Shown here piece after piece: positions 54,779 through 64,000 of a stretch of DNA of 64,000 nucleotides. Position 1 is the first letter of the stretch; every line of letters begins with the position of its first letter. Source of the DNA: Octopus vulgaris. Lineage: Eukaryota. The position numbers were made by a program, and so were the translations under genes. The stretch is taken from positions 122,884,001-122,948,000 of the forward strand of contig OX597817.1 in NCBI GenBank assembly GCA_951406725.2, read 5' to 3'. The notes under the pieces were generated by a model. The model saw only the letters and a program-made list of their open reading frames with translations. It did no database searches and had not been told where the DNA came from.

Positions 54779-57250
54779 CATCTAACAGCTGTTTCTGTTT
54801 CCAATGTTGCATGGTTTTGTCACTAATATGCTAAAAATATTTATCATATTTGGTAATAAAACCGATCTGAATCACAGAGCTTCATCAGAGCAAAGAATAA
54901 ATAAAAAGAGCCAAGAGAAGAAAAAGGAAAAGTTGAATATGTCTATAATCATACTATTTTGCTTGTGTATCTCTTTGGGACGTTAAGTAAATGACTAAAC
55001 TTAAAATAGTATGTGGTGGGTTAATCCTTTTTACGGGGTGGGGATAGGATGAATAAATAATTAAAAAATGAAAAATAATAGCGGGATGCACCGAAGGGGT
55101 GCAGATACAATGAGGCTTTAAATTAATCATAATAATTTTTAATAATTATGTTAATAGTACTAATTAATAGTATTTATCATAGTGCTAATCGATTAAATGT
55201 AATTTTTTTACTTACTAGTAGGTTGTTAAGCCCTTCCATCTGTTGTCCGAAGTGAGATAGGCCAAGATCCAACGTTCGATATAATTGGTCAGTTGAATTT
55301 TAAAAACAAAAGACCAGCTATTGAGACGTTATATGGGGTAAGATAAATAAATAAATTAATAGGAAAATGGTGTATGCTGTAAGGGACCTGAAAACGCTTA
55401 GGACAGTATATATTAGATTTAAAAAATAAATATTATGGAATAAATATTAAGAGATAAACTTATTTGGACATTTAAGAAAGAAGACGGTTGCGGGCGAAAA
55501 TGGCCCAAAAGTTTGTTTTGAATAGGAATGTGAAATTGGTAAAAACAATGACACGAATTTATTCCATAGGAAAATTAGGGAAATATGTATGGTTAAGGAG
55601 AGGCAATAACTATAAGTGGCCTACATTGGAAACTGCTGGTCTACCATCAAATGTACCTTATCAGTGAGCTGACTAGCCAATCAAACAACTAATTTTATAG
55701 CTAATTGACTAAACAATCTATAAATCACCCAGCCTAGTAGTCAATTAAATGAGTGAAAGTAAATATCCCTAATTAAATTCATGTTTCCAAATTAAAAATT
55801 AAAAATTAAAATACTTGCAAATTACTACAATTTGCTCATGCATTCATACGCAAAAAAAATTCAACATAAATATGCATGCTTATGCACACTCATTTAATTA
55901 TATATGTATATATATGTATACACGTGTACTCTCACATACACGTATGCACACTGACATACACCATCCATACATTCAAGTACACACACGCCGATATGCCCAA
56001 TCAATTTTGATGTATATTATATTGTTATATTAACCCGTACATGGTTACATACATATGCAAGTTTCAACTATTAGTCTCCCAAGAATGTATAAATGCACAT
56101 AATAATATTAATAGCACGTAGATAAGTGCTAACTGGAAAACAAAGATCCAGCAAATATATTACTAAACGAGGGTGTAGGGTATAAAGTTAGTATTACAGT
56201 GTTAAATGATTATTTCGTTGTGCGGGGAGTGGATATTGAACTGAGTAAATTTAATAAGGGGTCTCCATTAAATAGAAGTAGACCAATGCTGACTTAAAGT
56301 GGTCTTGAATAAACTAACGTGAAATAGGATAACAATGAGTATGTTACAAAATAGAGACAAATTCATTCATTATTAAGGTGCAGGATCAAGATTCTATTAA
56401 GGGGGATATGGTACGGGAATGGATACTTGTGCACTCTATAGTCTAAATTTATGTTAAGAGCTAAGAGAAATGGCATTATATGATTATAAGAGGGTATAAA
56501 GGTTATACTGAGGAGTAGTAAAATGAAGCCATAGGATATAATTTAGTTATTTTGTGTGGGAGATAGGGTCTTTCAATTCGGATGAGTTTAGTGTAAGGAT
56601 GTTAATGCTGGGTTACCTAAAAGGGACCTAGGTAAGTAAATCTATTAATTAAAATTTAATGGCAAGGTAGTTTATGCCAACATTTAGAATCGAATTCTAC
56701 TATTTCTATGGGGAAGAACTATAGGCGCCATTAATGGTCAAGATGCATATTAGATCCCTAATATCTAGAGAAAGCAAATTTACCCTTGTGCAGTCAGGAT
56801 TAATCGTGCTCTTCCCTTGAACTAACTAGTAGGGGTCTAGCCTTTGATATGGAAAAAAATTTATTGATGCACAAGTGGCGTTTCTTATTTTTTTTACATT
56901 GTATGAAGGTCCGGAAGCAAGGGCACACTCAAATGCGCACACACAAAGAAACAGAGGTACACACAAATACACGAACACACATACAAACATGCACACACAA
57001 ACTCATGAATATGCAGAATACATAAATACAACCGTACACACATGCATACATACATACACGCATACATGCACACACGCATACCTACATACATACATACATT
57101 ATACATACATACATACATACATAGGTATGTTGTTTGGGACAAGGTATGTACCATCATAGAGGTCAGCTGCCTTACTGATATAAATATCTCTTTAAAAATC
57201 AAAGAATAAGAGGACAACTGTTTCGAAACCTCCAGCTTCTATATTCAGGC
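54779..57250 (-). mobile_element. Ancient Penelope-like element bracketed by two hammerhead-like motifs
   Basis: LLSLDIRDL (RT motif, about 56742-56778) and ERWILAYL..KGL (C-terminal, about 55225-55285); hammerhead-like motifs at 57213-57250 and 54779-54892. Confidence 0.5.
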
Positions 57251-57262
57251 TATGAATTCATA

Positions 57263-57530
57263 TTCATACTAATAATAATTGGAGCTCTAAGTTTTGTTAG
57301 TAAATGCTTTAAGGAGAATCTGGATAAACTGGGATTTTCAGAAAGAGAAATTGACCAGCTAATTCGTACATTACAAGTGCAAGCTGTGAGAGGAACAGTA
57401 AAAATATGCAAGGCTTTTCTCAAGTTCCAAATGTGAATTTGTCTATGTTAACTACGTACCAAAGATGGAACCTTGTCTCTTTGTTGGATAGCGGCTCCCT
57501 CCTCAGTGGAAGATGTATAATAATTAAAAA
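57263..57530 (+). mobile_element. R4/Dong-type (RLE) LINE 3' end
   Basis: IIIGALSFVSKCFKENLDKLGF..LQVQAVRGTVKICKAFLKFQM* followed by a short UTR. Confidence 0.7.
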
Positions 57531-58278
57531 ATAGAAGAGACATACATATGTACATACACATGCACACTGACGTATGCGCACAAACAAACAAAAAGAACGC
57601 AGCTCTGATAACGAATAGAGTTAACAACTATTGAAGAGGTTGCAAGAAGCAACGAAAATTTTAGAAAATGAAAGTAAATTTTCGGAAACTGAACCAGTGA
57701 GTGTATTAATTAATAAGGCATTAAAACAGAATGACTATCCTCAGATACAACAACAACACACACACACACACACACCAACACACACACACATATATATATG
57801 TCTGAATGTATAAATAGGAATTCCAATATCTTCCTTCTTAAATAAAAACATTGAAGTATGATTTGAAAATTTGACTGTTCTATTTAGCTATATCAGCAAG
57901 CGACTGCTCAAAGGCTTTCACTTGTTAGCTCGAAGCATTTTGTTGTATGTATTGCCAGATCTGCCGAGGAAAAATCCTCATTATTTCCCCTCTCTATCAC
58001 TCCATTCATTAGTCCTCTTTCTCCATTTTCTTCTTATTTTTTAAACTTTTCCTTCCTCTCCGACACTCCTTATTTTGCCTTATCGTCTCTGCACATTACA
58101 TGTTCGTATCTTCAAAGTAAATGGCAGAACTAGCAGGCAAGTTGATTACTTCAGTGTTCTTTAGAGAGGCTGTTAGTTTTAGCATACAAAATAGTTTTTG
58201 TAGTTATATATACATACATATATAAATGCATACGTACATACATACATATAGTCGAAACCTATATAAAAGTATATATAC

Positions 58279-58338
<60 letters not shown>

Positions 58339-60207
58339 GTGGGTCAAATGTCATACACAAAATAAGTTCAATTCGCTCTGAAATTGTCAAAGGCATACTC
58401 CAGTTTTACTGAAATTGAATAAATTAATGAAGAATACACACATAGTTGTACATGATGAACAAGCTGAAAAAAATGATTAATAAAAATAATGTTACGGACA
58501 TTTTTGTCGGAAACGATGCGCGAGTGTTCAGCTTTGCGGAACGACCTACACAAATGATTTGTTTATAGTGATCAAATGTTCGTACCACACATTAGCTTAC
58601 TCACTCCATCAAATCGACGTTGTATAAACAGGTGCACGGGGTACCAAGTGTCAGGTATCTAAGAGCAACGTGATATGAAGAATTTTGTTCAAAACCACAT
58701 CGCATTATCCAGTCCAGGAATTGAAACTACGACATCGCGAGATCAACACCCTTACCAATAGGCCATGTGCCTTCGAATACTAACGTAATATAAATAAAAT
58801 ATGTCAAATGTTTTGGTGCGTGACTTTTGTCTCCTACCCACCCATCTTTATATGAGCACCATCCTATAAGATGGTAACTAGTGGGTCAATCTGATAAATT
58901 AATAATATAGATATTTATTTAAAATTTTTCCTTATTTAATAATCTGTTTAATTCTTTCTTCGTGCCTGAGATAGAAGAGGGACCAAGGATACCATAAAAA
59001 TACTGATAATAAAAACCAATTGGAAGCTACAGGAACTCATTGTTGTCATTGACATTCCAACATAGTTTAAAGGACTACAATATCTTATGTCGCCATTCCG
59101 TTTTGAACACTACAATGTGTGAATGAGGGAGATATTGGTTCTTTTACCAGCAGGTAAACCGACTAAGTAAAAGCTTCCTTGTTGGCACATATCGAAGGCA
59201 ATAATAAATTAGGGGTGAATGCAATCAAATATTACAGTTCCTGACAAAACTGTGATATTCAGCCAAACTTATAAATTAATATTAACAGTATTGAATGCTT
59301 GGCATATTGGCAGGGACAATTAATTTAGTATATGACACGGCCGGTTTTCCTAATGAAACTCAGTGAAGCAGCATAGAGTTATAAAATATATAAATATATA
59401 AACTAACTAAAGAAATAAATGAAAGAGAGGATGTGGCAGCAATAATTGGAAATTAGAAACAATACAAGGAGGGGCATAGTCAGTCTAGGTATTATTTGAT
59501 AGAAAAAACAAATTACAGCTACTACAATAATAATTTGATAGTTTATCAACAAATCAATCAGGTGATTAAAATTACCGGAATGCCAACAAATATATTACAA
59601 TATATATATAGCTAAACACGCATATTTGGACATAAAAAAAACAATAACTAATATATAGTACAAACAAGCGTGCAAACACATATACATACGCACATCATGT
59701 TAATACAGTTGTAAATGTAAGACATGTATATACATAAATACAGACACACGCTCATACACATCTGTGCGTACAAAGAATCTAAGACTCTTCATAAACATAA
59801 CCAAACACAAAAACACACGCGTATGTGTGCATACACAAATATGTGCATAAAATATATATATATACATAAATAGATAGCTAATACATACATAAACACAATC
59901 ATGCATAAGTACTTACATAAACACATACACACACATATATGCACAAACATATAATTGTGCACACACACATATATATATGTACATACACATGTACGTATGA
60001 AAGTATGTTATGTATGTATATTGGTGTGAGTGTGTGCATGTGTGCATATATATATAAAACCATGTCTACTCAGACATAAAACGAAAAATAGCACTGCGAC
60101 TTAGACGCGACAAAAGTGTGAATATTTATCTGTCTGTCTGTCAACCAGTCTGCCTGTCTGTTTGTTCCTGTAAATGAATACGGTTTGGTAATATGCAACA
60201 TACTTTA

Positions 60208-60608
60208 CGGCGGCGAGCTGGCAGAATCGTTAGCACGCCGGGTGAAATGCTTAGCAGTATTTCGTCTGCCGTTATGTGCTGAGTTCAAATTCCGCCGAGG
60301 TTGACTTTGCCTTTCATCCTTTCGGTTAAATAAGTACCAGTTACGCACTGGAGTCGATATAATCGACTTAATCCGTTTGTCTGTCCTTGTTTGTCCTCTC
60401 TGTGTTTAGCCCCATGTGGGTAGTAAAGAAATAGAAATAGGTATTCGTCTGTCTTTGTGCTCTGAGTTCAAATTCCGCCGAGGTTGACTTTGCCTTTCAT
60501 CCTTTCAGGGTTGATAAATTAAGTATCAGCTGCGTACTGGGGTCGATCTAATCGACTGCCCCCAACCCCCCAAAAAATTTCGGGCTTTGTGCCTTGAGTA
60601 GAAAAGAA
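60208..60608 (+). mobile_element. SINE family 2, dimeric
   Basis: Same structure as 48234-48615. Confidence 0.9.
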
Positions 60609-60831
60609 TATGTAACATGCTTTCGCTCATTGTTTTAGGTGCCTATATTATAGACACCTTTTCGGTCTTCCCACTCTTTCACTTTGTAGCACATCTAAGA
60701 TGCACCGACACTTAGCTGACTAGGCAGATGAGACTTTAACTGAAGTACCTTCTCAAAGATCAAGTGCATCGCTAGGTCCAGCAATTGAATCCAGGGCAAT
60801 ATGAAAGGGAATCGGAAAAACCCAACCACGC

Positions 60832-61294
60832 TGTATGTATGTATGTATGTATGTATGTATGTATGTATGTATGTATGTATGTATGTATGTATGTATGTAT
60901 GTATGTATGTATGTATGTATGTATGTATGTATGTATGTATGTATGTATGTATGTATGTATGTATGTATGTATGTATGTATGTATGTATGTATGTATGTAT
61001 GTATGTATGTATGTATGTATGTATGTATGTATGTATGTATGTATGTATGTATGTATGTATGTATGTATGTATGTATGTATGTATGTATGTATGTATGTAT
61101 GTATGTATGTATGTATGTATGTATGTATGTATGTATGTATGTATGTATGTATGTATGTATGTATGTATGTATGTATGTATGTATGTATGTATGTATGTAT
61201 GTATGTATGTATGTATGTATGTATGTATGTATGTATGTATGTATGTATGTATGTATGTATGTATGTATGTATGTATGTATGTATGTATGTATGT
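60832..61294. repeat. Perfect (TATG)n array of about 460 bp
   Basis: Uninterrupted tetranucleotide repeat. Confidence 0.98.
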
Positions 61295-61342
61295 GTGTGT
61301 GTGCGGGTAGGTAGGTAGGTAGGTAGGTAGGTAGGTATGTAT

Positions 61343-61900
61343 GTCAGGTCACTTTCGAGTGCTACTGGTAACATGTAACCCAGTACAACCTGTTGCATGG
61401 TCGGGTCGTCGGCGACTAAACCGGCAACCCCACCAAGCTTGCTTGGCGAGGAGGGTGTTTATTGGACACCCTGCAGGATGAAAAACAAAACCCGTCAAAG
61501 GCGGAGGAACTCTTGAGAGTCAACGGCCATCCAATAAATGTCTTAAGGCTGTATCATGCGCGGGGACATAGAAATAATCGGACTGAATACCTGATCGTGC
61601 GATTAAACCATTGGGAGTGAAGGACTCCTAGCCTTTGTTAGGGTATCCTTCTAGGAGAAGGTAACTCAGGTAACTGGGATAACTCTGACATAAAACTTGC
61701 GGCTCAGTGGTTACCGATGATGTTGACTTGCTCTTCTTTTCGGAGTATGGCTGCTGTTGCTTAGTGAGTGGGATTGACTCAGTGCACAGCCTTTCCTCAC
61801 TTTACAAAAAATGCTATTGCACAGGCATTGCACGATAACAACATTGATTAAGCTTCGTGCAATGGCCATACTCGATAACGGGGGTGGGGGGGCAGCCACC
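61343..61900 (+). mobile_element. GC-rich element resembling an RTE 5' UTR, embedded in (TATG)n
   Basis: Contains AAAGGCGGAGGAACTCTTGAGAGTCAACGGCC and TCTAGGAGAAGGTAACTC, which I recall from RTE leaders; no ORF. Confidence 0.5.
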
Positions 61901-62328
61901 ATGTATGTATGTATGTATGTATGTGTGGGTGTGTGTGTCTGCCTGTTTATCTGTCTATTTGTATATCTGTCAGTCAATCTCTTTCTCTCTCTGTATCTAT
62001 CTGTCTGTCTGTCTGTCTGCCTATCTATCTATATCCATTTATACAAATGTACCTATGCAATGTGTATTCATACCTATGTCTTTATCGCTGCATTGAAAGA
62101 AATTATCGAAGGGAAGAGAAATGTTTTTAAAACGTTCTGTAAAACACTTCAAAATTATAACCTCACATGACCACTTGCAAAATATGTTTGTAAACACAAT
62201 CACAAAAATCTCCTAGATATTCACTTGACACTGTCGTTCCAATATTGCAACTTGTCTTTCAGCAAACTCCTTCACGACAATAAATCGAAGACCACACTTA
62301 ACATGTCCTCAGCAATAGGACAAATAAA

Positions 62329-62770
62329 GGCGGTAAGCTGGCAGAATCGTTAGCACGCGGGCGAAATGCTTAGTGGTTTTTCGTCTGCCGCTATGTTCTG
62401 AGTTCAAATTCCGCCGAGGTCGACTTTGCCTTTCATCCTTTCGGGGTCAATAAAAATTAAGTATCAGTTATGCACTGGGGTTGATGTAATCGACTTAATC
62501 CGTTTGTCTGTCCTTGTTTGTCCCCTCTATGATTTGCCCCTTGTGGGCAATCAAGAAACAAGTATCATTCGCACGCCGAAAAAAATGTTTAACCACGTTT
62601 CGTCTGCATTTATGTTATCTGTTCAAATTCCACCGAGGTCGACTTTGCTTATCATCCTTTCGAGATCAATAAAATAAATACCAGCTAGTTAAACACTGGC
62701 GTCAATGTGATCGACTTATACATTCCCCGAACTTGCTGAACTTGAGCCAAAATTTGAACCAATAATAGGT
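62329..62770 (+). mobile_element. SINE family 2 nested in an older copy
   Basis: Family 2 head and two bodies; a further antisense copy lies at 63530-63675. Confidence 0.8.
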
Positions 62771-64000
62771 CAATTAGCTATAGAATAAATGTATAGAATC
62801 CTTATCTAAAAATTCAGTCAAGATAATTTTTACTGTTCTTCGATATTCAGCCATTCTTAGACTTTTGTCTAGAAAATCCGTTTTAGCAAAATCAAGTTTG
62901 ATATTCCGTAATAACAAAAGCAACTATTTCAAGCTGTGGGCACTGTTATGAGACTAAACAGCTATTATGAACCTTGACCATTTCACGAGCTTTAATGACT
63001 ATAATGAATCTCAGTCTAGCCACACGAGTTGCAAGAAATTACATCCAAATATTGCTTGAAGTGTACATAACTGTCTTAAAGAAGCCTCAGAAAATGTGTG
63101 ATTGTTAATGTAGTGCTAGATGTCTGAAAAGGCTGGATGGTCACAGCTGAAGTACTTGAGATTATGGGCCTACTCGATCGGAATTAATATCAGGTTACAC
63201 GGCAACAAAAGCGTGCCAAAGAAAGAGTCTCACAGTGACTATTCTACCTGTTAGCTGAAAATAGCCAAAGGTACCTGAAGTTAAAGAAAGAGTGAAACAA
63301 TATTTAAAAATAATATATAAGGGTGAAGACTGATATTACTTTGAACATAGGTCTTCAAGAACATAGCTAATACACGGTCTACTACTACTACTAGTACATA
63401 TGCGGTTGAAGAATTCTGTATATTCGATAAAAATTTTCTTAATTAACAAATGCATTTAGGAATCACTTTTAAAATATAGATTCGAAAGTTTGATACAAGT
63501 CCAGAAAGTTCGAAGAAGAGGAGGTAATACGAATACATTGACCCCAGTGCTCGACTAGTACTTATTTTATCGACCCAAAAGGATTAAAAGGCAAAGTCGA
63601 CCTCGGAAGAATTTGAACTCAGAACGTAAAGACGGGTGAAATGCCGCCAAGCATTATGCCTGGCTTGCTAACGATTATGCCAGCTCATCGCCTACGATCA
63701 TTTTCAAAATGTTAGTAGAATCATTCGAGAGTTAGGAGGAATTAAATATGCACTTACATGTCCCGACATTTTACGATCTGAGTTCAAATTCCATTAAAGT
63801 TATCCTAGCCATCTTTCCTTTTGAGGTCGATGAAATAAAATGCGGTGAAGTAAGAAGAAAGTTATTAAAAAAAAAAAAAAAATAATAAAAAAAATAACGG
63901 TGTTTCTTTTAGTTCAACCGCAGATCAATCTCAATCGTTGAGCATACCTGTGGTCAACCCTGATCAATGAATATTCCAAACATAGTCATTCGGTATTATT

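Noticed and set aside
54990-56870. Possible mitochondrial insertion (NUMT) suggested by strand-skewed composition
   Set aside because: No convincing mitochondrial gene reading; Penelope RT and C-terminal motifs plus flanking hammerheads explain it better.
62790-63020. Penelope RT remnant (QAVGTVM)
   Set aside because: Only a single short motif, too weak to call; 53100-53900 and 45930-46250 are similarly weak.

Overview
Eukaryotic, AT-rich, repeat-saturated DNA that looks like an Octopus (coleoid cephalopod) intergenic or intronic region. This assignment is inferred from the tRNA-headed SINE families, RTE LINE tails ending in (ATG)n and the dense TA/CA/TATG microsatellites. I see no intact protein-coding gene; nearly all ORFs in the supplied track are microsatellite or SINE artefacts. 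Recognisable mobile DNA includes a Penelope-like element (RT + GIY-YIG, inverted terminal repeat) at 25.6-28.1 kb, older Penelope relics, several degenerate hammerhead-ribozyme motifs, RTE LINE fragments, an R4/Dong-type LINE 3' end, a decayed mariner, a MULE relic, three Helitron-type elements (one nested in a mariner MITE), a U2 snRNA 5' fragment and many SINEs. The most unusual observation is that the apparently unique DNA between repeats from about 0.3 to 45.5 kb repeatedly translates, through stops and frameshifts, into pieces of a RhoGAP domain (ARHGAP20/TAGAP-like), suggesting about a dozen intronless, decayed copies on both strands. This rests on by-eye translation against recalled motifs and needs a profile-HMM test.
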